Assembly (NCBI GenBank): GCA_964016885.1 | Contig: OZ024752.1 | Coordinates: 49,352,001-49,416,000 of the forward strand | DNA length: 64,000 bases | Origin: Eledone cirrhosa | Lineage: Eukaryota | Reading direction: 5' to 3' | In this document: positions 41,724 to 57,720 of the stretch, piece after piece | Layout of the letters: the number at the start of each line of letters is the position of its first letter | Position numbering within the stretch: position 1 is the stretch's first letter | Notes under the pieces: generated by a model | Seen by the model: only the letters and a program-made list of their open reading frames with translations | Database searches by the model: none | Told to the model about the DNA's origin: nothing | Program-made: the position numbers and the translations under genes

Positions 41724-42832
41724 GATGTATGCTGTCTCACCATGTCCCCTAACATTGATGTAAGCTGTCTCACCATGTCCCCCTAACATTGATGTAAGCT
41801 GTCTCACCATGTCCCCCTAACATTGATGTATGCTGTCTCACTATGTCCCCCTAACATTGATGTATGCTGTCTCACTATGTCCCCTAACATTGATGTATGC
41901 TGTCTCACTATGTCCCCCTAACATTGATGTATGCTGTCTCACCATGTCCCCCTAACATTGATGTATGCTGTCTCACTATGTCCCCCTAACATTGATGTAA
42001 GCTGTCTCACCATGTCCCCTAACATTGATGTATGCTGTCTCACTATGTCCCCCTAACATTGATGTAAGCTGTCTCACCATGTCCCCTAACATTGATGTAT
42101 GCTGTCTCACTATGTCCCCCTAACATTGATGTATGCTGTCTCACTATGTCCCCCTAACATTGATGTATGCTGTCTCACCATGTCCCCCTAACATTGATGT
42201 ATGCTGTCTCACCATGTCCCCCTAACATTGATGTATGCTGTCTCACTATGTCCCCCTAACATTGATGTAAGCTGTCTTACCATGTCCCCCTAACATTGAT
42301 GTAAGCTGTCTCACTATGTCCCCCTAACATTGATGTATGCTGTCTCACTATGTCCCCCTAACATTGATGTATGCTGTCTCACTATGTCCCCCTAACATTG
42401 ATGTATGCTGTCTCACCATGTCCCCTAACATTGATGTAAGCTATCTCACCATGTCCCCTAACATTGATGTAAGCTGTCTCACCATGTCCCCTAACATTGA
42501 TGTATGCTGTCTCACCATGTCCCCCTAACATTGATGTATGCTGTCTCACCATGTCCCCTAACATTGATGTATGCTGTCTCACCATGTCCCCTAACATTGA
42601 TGTATGCTGTCTCACCATGTCCCCCTAACATTGATGTAAGCTATCTCACCATGTCCCCTAACATTGATGTAAGCTGTCTCACCATGTCCCCTAACATTGA
42701 TGTAAGCTGTCTTACCATGTCCCCCTAACATTGATGTAAGCTGTCTCACCATGTCCCCTAACATTGATGTAAGCTGTCTCACTATGTCCCCTAACATTGA
42801 TGTAAGCTGTCTCACCATGTCCCCTAACATTG
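41724..42832. repeat. 33/34-bp minisatellite, about 33 copies
   Basis: gatgta(t/a)gctgtctcac(c/t)atgtcccc(c)taacatt. Confidence 0.95.
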
Positions 42833-42890
42833 TATAACTATAAGGATATAAGATGAATGATCATCTCAGTAGATGTATTTATTTATGTCT

Positions 42891-43088
42891 TTCACCCTTT
42901 AGCATTTACATTACCCCATATTTACTATTGTATTTTCATGGAAAAGGCTTTATCTTACATAATTATCGCACATAATATTGAGAACAATACTTTAATGTAG
43001 GTATGAGCAGCTGGTTACAGCAGGTTTGAACAGAAAGAGGTGAGAGAGTTATAGCTGGATATGGTTGGTTTAAATGCTAATGGGTTAA
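42891..43088 (-). mobile_element. piggyBac-type MITE P1
   Basis: ccctttagcatttac ... taaatgctaatgggTTAA. Confidence 0.75.
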
Positions 43089-43197
43089 CTCTTTTTCAAT
43101 TAATCAATGTAGAATTTTGAAGGCGATAATGAAGGACAGAGACCACTGGGAAGAACTTGTCCATGGGTCTCGAGAATTTTACTCGCCCTAGATATAG

Positions 43198-43381
43198 ATA
43201 TGTTTCTTTATTAGTCACAGGGGCACAAAAGAAGGGGACAAATACAAAGGAGGAAGTTTACATACAATAAAAACGTGTAAAATATTATCACAAATACAAT
43301 TCAAAAGTTAATCGATATTCCCCAATAGGGGGAGACATTTCATATGGGTAACACATACCCCCGAAAAAATGTGCAACCCTA
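43198..43381 (-). mobile_element. Tx1/L1-like LINE 3' UTR fragment
   Basis: Reverse complement of about 28065-28245. Confidence 0.75.
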
Positions 43382-43644
43382 GATAGATAGATAGGTATAC
43401 ATAGAGTATATCCTATGTAATGTTTATATGTCTTGGTAGCCATAACAAATGGCAAACTCTAGCGAAAAAGCGAAAATTCAATCAGTATGGGGAAAGCTAA
43501 TCAAACCATGCCAAAGCCATGAACAGTGTTAGTCGCGTCCACTGACATCTTTATAATGATGATGATCCACTTAAAACAAACACAGCAGATGTTGGTGTGA
43601 GGGAAGAACTCCGGTCCCCTTTTTCATCTTATTACTTATATAAT

Positions 43645-43835
43645 TTTTATTTCTACATTTGGCACAAGGCCAGCAATTACCCCAGTGCATTACTGGCACT
43701 TTATTTTATCGACCCCGTAAGGATGAAAAGCAAAGTTAACCTCGGCGGGATTTGAACTCAGACTGTAAAAGACCATAACTCTATGCTGCAAAGCATGGCT
43801 TCCGACTCCCTACCGATACTGCCAACTCACCGCCT
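43645..43835 (-). mobile_element. SINE A
   Basis: Full match. Confidence 0.85.
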
Positions 43836-44079
43836 ATATAATTTGCCATGTGTACAGCAAAAGGGTCATTCCCTAGTATAAGACACTAATAATTTCTTCA
43901 GTATGTTATCTAATACGAAAGATGGTTTTATTCTGGAGTGTTTTTATACATTACATAATATGGCTTCTATTGTTTCTGCCAACAGAACTTAGGTAAACAG
44001 ACTTTCTACTTTTAAGAGGGAAATATGGCTGGCTTCCTAGCTTTCATCTAAGATCTCTAAGCAAGTCAAACAAACCAGG

Positions 44080-44123
<44 letters not shown>

Positions 44124-44125
<2 letters not shown>

Positions 44126-44427
44126 GAAGTAATTCCGTCGAAAAAGTCCAGGAAAAAAGAGTGCTCTATGTAGGTAACAGAGCTTAATAGTTATGTAATA
44201 AACAACATAAGGCAATTATTCCATTTACCAGTGGTTTCTTAAAAGCAAAAAATTTTGCTTTCAATCCTCAGAATGAAAAAATCCTGGTCTGTTTATTGAA
44301 TTTGGATTTAAAAACCGAAATTCAATAAACAGACCAGGATTTTTTCATTCTGAGGATTGAAAGCAAAATATTTTGCTTTTAAGAAACCACTGGTAAATGG
44401 AATAATTGCCTTATGTTGTTTATTACA

Positions 44428-44433
<6 letters not shown>
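44124..44433. mobile_element. Fold-back element F1 in (TA)n
   Basis: ~115-bp near-perfect inverted arms 44188-44433. Confidence 0.65.
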
Positions 44434-44480
<47 letters not shown>

Positions 44481-44494
44481 ATGCATTTATACAT

Positions 44495-44538
<44 letters not shown>

Positions 44539-44561
44539 CCACACACATATAGATATATAGT

Positions 44562-44593
<32 letters not shown>

Positions 44594-44609
44594 CAAAGCG
44601 AAACCTACA

Positions 44610-44977
44610 GCCAGTAGGCACCTCTAACAAAAATACACCCTCGTCCCACCACCCCCACCCCATCCACACCGCCCCCTTCTATGTAAAGTTATGTTGGCAC
44701 CACAACATCCAGTCCGAAATAAATGAGGTCGTGTAGGTGTCACGACAAAAAAAACACACAGTCCACGCTGTAATGTGGCCGTGTAGGTAACACGGTAAAC
44801 ACCTCCCAGTCCACACTGTAAATGTGGTTGGTGTTAGGAAGGGCATCCAGCCGTAGAAAACCCCCCAGACAGTCCTATATGAGCAAGACAGCCAATCTTG
44901 CCTCAAGTGGGAAAACTCGCGTCCAAACCCATGCAAGCGTGGAAGATGGACGTTAAACGATGATGATGATGATGATG
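44610..44977 (+). mobile_element. RTE-tailed SINE-like element, family C
   Basis: Homologous to 18298-18664; (gat)n tail. Confidence 0.75.
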
Positions 44978-45239
44978 ATATATATATATACAGCAGGGGC
45001 TATTAATTAAAAAAAAAACTAGTTATAACTACATTAAATTTACTTTAAATCTTGTAATATAGGCTGTGTTTTAACACAAATCATGGTGGTGGTGGGGGTG
45101 ATAGTGATGATGTTGATGGTGGTGGTGATGGAGATGATGAAGAGTATGGTAATGATGATGATGATGATGATGTTTCTGTCTCTGATATATCACAGCCACT
45201 ACCATCTCTACCTCTACCACCACTGTCACCACTATCACC

Positions 45240-45760
45240 TCAACCACTGTCACCACAATCACCGCCGCCACTCTTATCACCACCACCACCACCACCATCA
45301 TCATCATCACAACCACTGCCACCACCACCACCACTCCACCACTACCCCTGTCACCACCACCTCCACCCCTGTCACCACAATCACCGCCGCCACTCTTATC
45401 ACCACCACCATCATCATCATCATCATCACAACCACTGCCACCACCACCACCACTCCACCACTACCCCTGTCACCACCACCTCCACCCCTGTCACCACAAT
45501 CACCGCCGCCACTCTTATCACCACCACCACCACCACCATCATCATCATCACAACCACTGCCACCACCACCACCACTCCACCACTACCCCTGTCACCACCA
45601 CCTCCACCCCTGTCACCACAATCACCGCCGCCACTCTTATCACCACCACCATCATCATCATCATCATCACAACCACTGCCACCACCACCACCACTCCACC
45701 ACTACCCCTGTCACCACCACCTCCACCCCTGTCACCACAATCACCGCCGCCACTCTTATC

Positions 45761-45791
<31 letters not shown>

Positions 45792-45872
45792 CAACCACTG
45801 CCACCACCACCACCACTCCACCACTACCCCTGTCACCACCACCACCTCCACCCCTGTCACCACAATCATCAC
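45240..45872. repeat. ~120-bp CAC-rich minisatellite, about 5 copies
   Basis: tcaccgccgccactcttatc recurs every ~120 bp. Confidence 0.9.
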
Positions 45873-46068
45873 CATGACCTGTCAAAGACAGACAGCTGAT
45901 CTATCTACTTAACACCCACCAATGCTGGGTCAAACTCTGCTCCTGTCACTATCCCTGCCCCCAGATTTCACATCCCCTACCCCCATATCTCACATCCCCT
46001 ACTCCCTGAGTTCATCCTGGTTGCTGGAGATTAGATCTAGTTAGGGCATCACATTGGTACTTCCCTGT

Positions 46069-46208
<140 letters not shown>

Positions 46209-46222
46209 GTGTGCGCGCGCGC

Positions 46223-46253
<31 letters not shown>

Positions 46254-46281
46254 CGTGTGTGTGTGTGTGTGTGTGCGCGCG

Positions 46282-46335
<54 letters not shown>

Positions 46336-46370
46336 CGTGTGTGTGTGTGTGTGTGTGTGCGTGTGTGCGT

Positions 46371-47045
46371 GTAGGAGGGTGTGGTGATTATACTGTAACT
46401 GATTGTGTGAGTGTGTATGTATGTATGTATATATGTGTCTGTGTATGTATGTGTGCAAGCGTCCATATGTGTGTGTATGTATGTGTACAAGCGTCCGTTT
46501 GTGTGTGTGTGTATGTGTGTGTGTCTGCGTGTGTAGGAGGGTGTGGTGATTATACTGTAACTGATTGTGTGAGTGTGTATGTATGTATGTATATATGTGT
46601 CTGTGTATGTATGTGTGCAAGCGTCCATATGTGTGTGTATGTATGTGTACAAGCGTCCGTTTGTGTGTGTGTGTATGTGTGTGTGTCTGCGTGTGTAGGA
46701 AGGTGTGGTGATTATACTGTAACTGATTGTGTGAGTGTGTATGTATGTATGTATATATGTGTCTGTGTATGTATGTGTGCAAGCGTCCATATGTGTGTGT
46801 ATGTATGTGTACAAGCGTCCGTTTGTGTGTGTGTGTATGTGTGTGTGTCTGCGTGTGTAGGAGGGTGTGGTGATTATACTGTAACTGATTGTGTGAGTGT
46901 GTATGTATGTATGTATATATGTGTCTGTGTATGTATGTGTGCAAGCGTCCATATGTGTGTGTATGTATGTGTACAAGCGTCCGTTTGTGTGTGTGTGTAT
47001 GTGTGTGTGTCTGCGTGTGTAGGAAGGTGTGGTGATTATACTGTT
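46371..47045. repeat. 162-bp tandem repeat, about 4.2 copies
   Basis: gtagga(g/a)ggtgtggtgattatactg recurs with a 162-bp period from 46371. Confidence 0.95.
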
Positions 47046-47109
47046 ATTGATGCTAAAAAAAAAATGTCAAACCACCTCCTGCCTGATGTTTACATTGTGT
47101 GAGTGAAGT

Positions 47110-48300
47110 CAGTGGCATGGCTTAATGGTTAAAGTGTTGGGTTTCTGATCTTAAAGTTCTCAGTTCAATCTTCAGACCAGGTGACTAAGTTATACCAGTA
47201 ATTCAAAGGGCTGGTTGGCTGACTGGCCTTGTCACACTGAATTTTCCTGTTAACTATGTTAACTCTTTACCATTCACATTACTCTATATATAGAATATAT
47301 ATATAGTATATATATACTCTATATTTACTCTATATATACTATATATATACTCTATATATACTATATATATACTCTATATATATTATATATATACTCTATA
47401 TATACTATATATATACTCTATATATACTATATATATACTATATATATACTCTATATATACTATATATGTACTCTATATATATATATATATATACTCTATA
47501 TATACTATATATGTACTCTATATATATATACTATTGTATTTTCATAGTAAACACTTTATTTCACATAATTACCTCACGTAATATCGAATCTACGAGATTT
47601 TGATATTATTCATTTTGAGAACCATACTGTAACATAAGTATGAGTGGCTGGTTACAGCCGGTTTGAACAGAATGAGGTGAGAGAATTCTGGCCCGGGTAT
47701 GGCTGGTTTAAATGCTAAAGGGTTAAGGAAGCACCCATGTGTAAGAGTACACATTAAGAGTAGACCTGTGTAAAAGTACACATATTGTAAAAGTACACAT
47801 GTTGTAAGAGTATACGTTAAGAGTACCCATGGTTAGAGTACGCATGGTTAAGAGTACACATGGTTAAGAGTACGCCTGGTTAAGAGTACACATGGTTAAG
47901 AGCACGCATGGTTAAGAGTACACGTGTTTAAGAGTACCCATGGTTAAGAGTACACATGGTTAAGAGTACGCATGGTTAAGAGTACGCATGGTTAAGAGTA
48001 CGCATGGTTAAGAGTACCCATGGTTAAGAGTACACATGGTTAAGAGTACGCATGGTTAAGAGTACCCATGGTTAAGAGTACACATGGTTAAGAGTACGCA
48101 TGGTTAAGAGTACCCATGGTTAAGAGTACGCATGGTTAAGAGTGCCCATGGTTAAGGGTATGCATGTGTACTCTTCAACATGTGTAAAAGTACACATGTT
48201 GTCGATGGTGGAATACCCAACTTCATTACACATTAATTCATGAGCTGGACATTCAGTTGTATGGAATGACTGAACGCTGATTGTGGAAACCTCCGGAGAA
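47110..48300 (+). mobile_element. Old SINE B-like copy split by MITE P1 (47259-47726) and a 16-bp minisatellite (about 47820-48160)
   Basis: tRNA-like head tggcttaatggtt..cagttcaatc; TTAA-bounded P1; ggttaagagtacgcat about 21 times. Confidence 0.6.
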
Positions 48301-48410
48301 TCCATCCAGCCAGTCTTTAATCCAAGTAGGGTATAATGTGAGGAAATATTTGGCTGTTAATTCTAGCACGTCAAGTTACAGCATAGTAAGGCTTCCTCGT
48401 TGGTCCTGTG

Positions 48411-48441
<31 letters not shown>

Positions 48442-49004
48442 AAACATGTAATAAAAATGTACATATGGCGCAGAGTATATTGGTAGCTAGTGATGGCAGT
48501 GGTGGTGGTGGTGATGGTGGTAGTGGTGGTGGTGATGGCGGTGGTGGTGTTGGTGGCAGTGGTGGTGATGGTGGCAGTGGTAGTGTTGATGGTGGTGGCA
48601 GTGGTGATTGTGATGATGGTGATGGCAGTGGCGGTGGTGGTGATGGTCGTGGTAGTGGTGATGATGATGGCAGTGGCGGTAGTAGTGGTGATGGCATTGG
48701 TGGAAGTGGTGATGGTGATGGTAGTGTTGATGGCAGTGGCAGAGATGGTGGTAGTGATGGTAGTGGTTATGATAACAGTGGCAGTCATAGTAGTGGCAGT
48801 AGTGATAGTGATGATGGTGGTAACAGCAATGGCTGTTATGGGTAGAATAAAGAAAACCCTATCATGCCATAAACTGTAATCAGTTACACACCAGCCCATC
48901 TATCTCTTTCTCTCCATTCTGTGGCCTGTTACAACTTCTTGTACACAGTCCACTGCTACAATTCTATCATACAACCCACCTTTCTCTCTCATTAATAACT
49001 TAAC

Positions 49005-49240
49005 TTACTGCTACTACTACAGCACCAATGACCACAAACCTCATTACTACTACTGCTACTACTACAGCACCAATGACCACAAACATCATTACTACTACTG
49101 CTACTACTACAGCACGAATGACCACAAACCTCATTACTACTACTGCTACTACTACAGCACCAATGACCACAAACCTCATTACTACTACTGCTACTACTAC
49201 AGCACCAATGACCACAAACATCATTACTACTACTACTACT
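49005..49240. repeat. 45-bp minisatellite, 5 copies
   Basis: cagcaccaatgaccacaaacctcattactactactgctactacta. Confidence 0.9.
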
Positions 49241-49259
49241 GCTACCACTACTATTGCTG

Positions 49260-49319
<60 letters not shown>

Positions 49320-49561
49320 TTGCTGCTACTACTATTGCTGCTGCTACCACTACTATTACTACAACTGCTGCTATTACTGCTGATGAAACTAGCATCATCA
49401 TCATTACCATTAATAATTTCATCACTATCATTTGCTCTTCTGTTATCTCCCCCCTCCCCCACCACCTTTACTTTTTTTTTCTCTCATCTTCCTTTTAATG
49501 CTTACACACGCACACACAAACACAAACACACACACAGATATATATATATATGTTTCCTCCT

Positions 49562-49686
<125 letters not shown>

Positions 49687-49740
49687 ATATATATATATAT
49701 ATATATAAATATATTATTTGTATATATATATATCTATATA

Positions 49741-49790
<50 letters not shown>

Positions 49791-49843
49791 TATATATATA
49801 TACACACACACATATATATATATACACACACACATATATATAT

Positions 49844-49874
<31 letters not shown>

Positions 49875-49886
49875 CATACACATATA

Positions 49887-50032
<146 letters not shown>

Positions 50033-50425
50033 CACACATATATGTAGGAGGCTGAAATATATATATATGTATATATATATACATATGTGTGTATATATAT
50101 ATGTATATATATATACACACACATATATATATATTTCCTCCACCTCCTCATCAATTCTCTCCTCCCTCCAAAAATCAGCAGCAGCTGCTGCAGATCGTCC
50201 CTCTCCTCCTCCTGCCACCACAACCTCTTACTTCCACCACTAAGCCCAATGTATTCCTCCCACTATTCCTCCTCTCTCGTCTGCTACTGCCACCACTTCT
50301 CCTTCTTCTTCTTTCCCAGCCCCCTTTCTAAGTCTATCTGCTGCTGCTGCTACTACTACTATTACTACTACTACTACTATTACCACTACTACTATTACCA
50401 CTACTACTATTACCACTACTACTAT

Positions 50426-50466
<41 letters not shown>

Positions 50467-50823
50467 ACTATTACTACCACTACTACTAACTAGTACTATT
50501 ACCACCAACACCAGTACAACTATTACTACTACTACTAACTAATAAGTAGTAGTAGTTGTACTAATAGTAGTAGTAGTAGTAATAGTAGTAGTTGTAGCAC
50601 CAGCACAATGGAAAATTAAAAGTGACCCAATGTTGTTGTTGTAGTTACTTAATATTGCTGTTGTGCTGCTGCTGCATGTGGTGCTGCTGCTGATCCCGAT
50701 GCTGCTGTTGTGTAAGCACCACCAGCAGCAGCAACAATAAGCAAAAATCCTGTGACATGTAAACATCTATAAGTTTCTCTCCTTTTCCTCCAGCTCTCTC
50801 TCTCTCCTCTCTCTTAGTTTTAT

Positions 50824-50855
<32 letters not shown>

Positions 50856-51283
50856 ATATGGTTCTTTATTAGCCACAAGGGGCACAAAAGAAGGGGACAA
50901 ATACAAATGGGGAGTTTACATACAGGTATATGAAAATAAAACTATTAATAAAATAACAAATAATAGATAGATAGATACATACATAGATAGATACATAGAT
51001 AGATAGATAGATAGCTACATAAATAGATAGATAGATACATAGATAGATAAATAAATAGATAGATCTATGTGCTGTGCTGCTGCGCTCTGCTCTGTTTGGC
51101 TCTGTCTTACTGCTCCATGCCGCTCTGTTCTCGTCTCTTCTGCTGTGCAGTGTGTAGTGCAGTGCTCTCTCTCTCTCTCTCTCTTTTTCTCTCTCTCTCT
51201 CTCTCTCCCTCTCTCTCTCCCCCTCTCTCTCTCTCTCTCTTGTATTTTCATCATCTGGCCTGGCAAAGTGTGATAAAATATAC

Positions 51284-51351
<68 letters not shown>

Positions 51352-52256
51352 CAAACAAACAAACACAAAAACTAAACAAAAAGGAGGGTCCTGCTTCTAT
51401 ATATACCACCACTACTACTACTGCTGCTGCTACTACTACTATTACTACTGTTACTGCTGATATTACTTTCAGCAGCACCACTAAGACAGTTACTACTACT
51501 ACTACTGCTACTACTATTGCTACTACTGATGCTACCAACATCACTAAAAGCTAAAAGTATTGTTCATCTCCCTCCCTTGCTCTCTCTCTCTCTTTATCTT
51601 TATCTATCTCTTAACCTTTCCCCCCTCCCTCTCCCCCTCCTCCTCTCACTGTTATTTCTATCTTTCTGTAAACCACCACTACCACCACCATCACTAACTG
51701 ACACCACCACCACCACCACCACCACCACCACCACCACCACCACCACCACTAACCAACAGAAACATTACTTAGAAGAAGAATACTTGTTTACCTCCTCCTC
51801 CTGCTGCTCTCTCTTCTACTTCCTTTCCTTTCATCTCTCTCCTTCCTCACACATCCCCTCCCCTGCTCTAGCTCTCTCTCTCTTTCTATTTCTGTATATT
51901 ATTTACTCCCTCCCCTATTTCCCCCCTCCCTCCCTTCCTCTCTGTATTATTTACTCCCTCCCCTCTTCCCACTCCTTCCATCTATTACCCTTCCTCCCTC
52001 CCTTTTCTGTATATTATTCCTCTCTTGCACCCTCACTCTCCCTCCCGCCCTCTCTCTCCCTCTTCTGTATATTATTCCTCTCTTGCACCCTCCCCCTCCC
52101 TCCCCCTCTCTCTATCTTCTGTATATAATTTCTCTCTCTCTCTCTCTCTCTCTCCAGTCCTGTCTCCCCCTCCTTCTTCCTTCCTCCCTCCCTCTCTGTA
52201 TTATTCCTCTCTCTCACCCTCTCCCTCCATCTCTCATCACACAACTTGGTCTGCAG

Positions 52257-52329
52257 CAGATACACTGCAAGTTGTAGGGCAATTGAGACGTTATGATGCT
52301 GGCATGGACCAAATACAGATTGAACTTGG
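52257..52329 (+). CDS. Candidate internal exon
   Basis: Long pyrimidine tract then tctgcag|cag (NAGNAG); reads xDTLQVVGQLRRYDAGMDQIQIELG; weak donor GG|gtattg. Confidence 0.4.
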
Positions 52330-52611
52330 GTATTGTATACATGTTGTTCTAATTGTTGTTCTAGTTGTTGTTGTTCCAGTTGTTGTTGTTCCAGTTGTTG
52401 TTGTTGTTGTTTATCTCTCAAATTTACACATTGTTTATTATTTCTTGTATTTGCTGGACACTGGATTTTTTTTGATTTTTTTATTTTAGTCATTTATATA
52501 TATATATATATATGTATGTATATATATATGTGTGTGTATATATATGTATGTAGGTATATCATTGTTATGGTATATTATATATATATATATCATATACGCA
52601 TGCACGGAAAC

Positions 52612-52652
<41 letters not shown>

Positions 52653-52757
52653 TATAAAAATATATTAAATACTTAAATATACTACACACACATATATATA
52701 TATATATATATATTACACACACACATATATATAATAAAAAATATATACATAAATATA

Positions 52758-52795
<38 letters not shown>

Positions 52796-52839
52796 TACAC
52801 ACACACATATATATAATAAAAAATATATACATAAATATA

Positions 52840-52887
<48 letters not shown>

Positions 52888-53008
52888 TAAAATAACAGAT
52901 TAAAGTTTATTTATTATTATTATTACTATATATATATATCTGTTATCCACTTGTCGTTGAAATAGTGTGAGCTCAACCATCAGGCACTAACTTTTAACTA
53001 TTATATAC

Positions 53009-53067
<59 letters not shown>

Positions 53068-53631
53068 GTATATTTTTTAATTCACACATCATTTAATCCC
53101 TTCAATGTTTATATTTTTATAAATGTAAACTTTGGTGTAAATCACACAGTTTCATACCATCTCTGATGTTGTGTTTCTAAATTATTTTTTTTGTTGTTGT
53201 TGTTTTTGTGGGGGCTTGTTAGCTTTTTAATCATCATCATCATCATCATCTTCTTGATATTATTTGGCTTTTTATGAGTTCAAATCTTGCCGAGGAGAAC
53301 TTTACCATTCATCTCTCTGGGCCCAATAAAGTTCCAATGAAGTACCGAGGTTGATTTTAATTTACAAAGGGCCTCCCACCAAATTTCTGTACCTATTATG
53401 ATTTTTACCTATGTCAGAAACAGTCATTATTTCATCATCATCATCATCATTATTATTATTTGACATATTAGAGTCATTACCAATATCTATATTACTTACT
53501 TTTATTGAACTATATATATATATATATACATATTTCAAAATACATTCAAAATTCAATAAGAACTTAACTTATCTTACCAGTAAAAATAGTGGACTATTAT
53601 ACTATAACCTCATATATATATATATATATAT

Positions 53632-53790
53632 ATTAAAATAACAGATTAAAGTTTAAGCAAAGAATAACTGCTTTTACCCTTAACAGGATCTTCTGAAACT
53701 CCCTTTAAAGGTGAAAGCAGCGACTCTTTGCTTAAACTTTAATCTGTTATTTTAATAAATATTTGCTCTAGGGTTCTTATATATTTGATA
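53632..53790. mobile_element. Fold-back element F2 (hammerhead-like family)
   Basis: Inverted arms attaaaataacagattaaagtttaagcaaaga / tctttgcttaaactttaatctgttattttaat. Confidence 0.6.
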
Positions 53791-54027
53791 TATATATATA
53801 TAATAATATATATATATATATATATATATAAAGGGAGACACAAAGCAGGCTTTGTTTATAAATGGCTAGCAAATTTGAAAAATCGGTAGTAACATGTGCT
53901 TCTGCCGTATTTGACTAAATAGAATTAGTCTGTTAGTTGCGACTTAAAAAACCCCTCTTGAATGGAATAAAATAGGATGAATATTGACGTAGATGGGACA
54001 CAAATCCACATCTTTATTACTACCTAA

Positions 54028-54068
<41 letters not shown>

Positions 54069-54426
54069 GTTTTTAATTATATTTTCTCTGTCCTCTTAAT
54101 TAATTTTACCTTCGTACACCTGTGAATATCTTCAAATATTTTCAATACCAAAAGGTAGAGTTTATTGTTTGTTATTATTGACAGTAAATTACCACCATTG
54201 CTGCATTTTATAATAATTTGTAATTTAGACAGAAAGAAGACCAACAAATTCTGGGTAATAAAAAATCGATTAGATTGGCCCCAGTGTTTGATCAGTATTT
54301 TATTTTATTGATTAACCTCTGGAGGTCGAAAAACAAAGTTGACCTCACAATGTAAAAAGCCATCATGAAAGGCTGCAAAGCATTTTGTCCAATGCTTTAC
54401 CGATCTTGCCAATGCACTACCCTCAC

Positions 54427-54702
54427 CAGGGCTGGATTCAAGTGGGGAGGGAAGGTAGCAATTGCCCTGGGCCCCATGAATAGCTATTTATTTGCGCCCT
54501 CAGCAGGGCTTTTTAGTTTTAGGATGGTTTGAGTTTTTGCATGTAATACCTGTATATATAACTTTTCAATTCCAGTTACTTGGACCAAACTAACTTAGAT
54601 ATATAAAATGGTAGGGGCTGCTGTGTATTCTAATTTTTGTATATGAGGGTCCGCTCCCCAAACCTGATGCGCTGGGCCTCGTCAACGTCTAAATCCAATG
54701 CA
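54427..54702. mobile_element. Possible old hAT-type MITE
   Basis: Starts cagggctggattc, ends aaatccaatgca; flanks accctcac / actctcac resemble an 8-bp TSD. Confidence 0.35.
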
Positions 54703-55234
54703 ACTCTCACTACTATTAATAATAATACTACTAATAACTAATCCAAAATTTTAGTATGTATACATACAAATTTAGAATGGATAATTCCTAAGTTACCATT
54801 TTTTAATGTTTTTGGTGTGTTATTGTTGTTATTAATATTAGCATGACTGTTGTTATTATTGTATTTATTGTTGTTATTATTGTTGTTTGTGTCTAAACTA
54901 GAAACAATTCTTGCTGTTATAAATATTGTCGTAGTTCCTATTGTCATTCTTAATAAAAAGAAGAAAAAAATGATGATAGCGAGTTATTTAATAATTAATA
55001 ATAATGAAAAAAAAAATTTATTCCACGTTGTTAACATTTAATAAATTTATTTACTATGGGTGTTTAATGAGGCTACAAATAAATTAGTTCTCTTGTTGGT
55101 AACTTTAACTAATGAAGTAGTTGGCTTTATAGATCAGAATAAACCACATAAATATTTCTTATGTTCTCCTTATAAGTTCTACATATAGTCTCTTTGAAGT
55201 TCTGCAGAGAGTTACTTCTTTTGAATTTTGTGAT

Positions 55235-56150
<916 letters not shown>

Positions 56151-56239
56151 AAATTTAAGTGAACAAAATTTTATGGGAGTACAAGACAGACAGACAAAAA
56201 TATATTTTACAAATATCTCTCTCTATATATATACACGTG

Positions 56240-56280
<41 letters not shown>

Positions 56281-56404
56281 TGACAAACGAAGGGTTAAAG
56301 TCCAATACATTGAATTCTTTTTTTTTCTTACTCTTTCACCTACACAAACCTAATAATAATTGTTTTGTTTCTCTCAATTATATATATATATATAATAATA
56401 TATG

Positions 56405-56437
<33 letters not shown>

Positions 56438-56441
56438 CATG

Positions 56442-56481
<40 letters not shown>

Positions 56482-56972
56482 TATCATGTATATATATATA
56501 TATGTATGTATATATATTTATGTATTCATATGTATATATATGTATGTATATATATTTATGTATTCATATGTATATATATGTATGTATATATATTTATATA
56601 TTCATATGTATATATATTTATATATTCATATGTATATATATGTATGTATATATATTTATATATTCATATGTATATATATGTATGTATATATATTTATATA
56701 TTCATATGTATATATATGTATGTATATATATTTATATATTCATATGTATATATATGTATGTATGTATGTATATATATTTATGTATTCATATGTATATATA
56801 TGTATGTATATATATTTATATATTCATATGTATATGTATGTATGTATGTATGTATATATATTTATGTATTCATATGTATATATATATATATGTTTGTATA
56901 TATATTTATATATTCATAAGTGTGTATTGAAAGGGTACGTCAATTATCTATTTGTAAAACTGTTATATATTG

Positions 56973-57037
56973 TATTTTGTCTGATGAAGGCATACCATGA
57001 TTTAACTTGGTATCCTTGAAATATATATAATGTAATA
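56973..57037 (+). ncRNA. Minimal hammerhead motif with weakened helix I
   Basis: UAUUUUGU-CUGAUGA-AGG c AUACCA..UGGUAU CCU u-GAAAU auau AUA-AUGUAAUA; homologue of 10645. Confidence 0.5.
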
Positions 57038-57687
57038 AATATGGTTTTATAAATATAGTTTCCATTTATTAATATTGTATATATATATATATATATAAGT
57101 ATATATATTTATGTATTCATATGTATATATATATATATATGTTTGTATATATATTTATATATTCATATGTGTATATATATATATATATGTTTGTATATAT
57201 ATTTATATATTCATATGTGTATATATATATATATGTTTGTATATATATTTATATATTCATATGTGTGTATATATATATATATATGTGTGTATATATATAT
57301 ATATATGTTTGTATATATATTTATATATTCATATGTGTATATATATATGTTTGTATATATATATATATATATAACGGCGATGAATTAGTTTTGCGAGGTT
57401 TTTGATATGAAATTGTGTGTCGAAACAAATATTGTTATACTTGGGGAGGGTCATATTTGTGTAATATTGCCAGAATTAATAATATTCTAGCAATATTACA
57501 CAAATATGACCCTCCCCATATATATATATATATATATATATATATCTGTAGGCATTTATACGGGCAAAATAAGATAGAAAAAGTGACTGAACGACCAACG
57601 TGGATGTATATTGAATAACCACTTGGGACATCACACCAAGATAGTCCAACAGCTTTTCAACATTATATTTACCTTATCTAACTGGAT

Positions 57688-57720
<33 letters not shown>

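Noticed and set aside
40403-42832. CRISPR-like regular repeats
   Set aside because: Contiguous tandem units with no unique spacers and no cas genes, in eukaryotic DNA
43110-43190. Apparent plus-strand exon after aatgtag
   Set aside because: Another frame reads LKAIMKDRDHWEELV, a LINE C-terminal remnant, and there is no donor
44345-44390. CTGAGGA-tt-GAAAGCAAAA..TTTTGCTT hammerhead-like string
   Set aside because: No helix II, poor helix I, and not conserved in the other F1 copies
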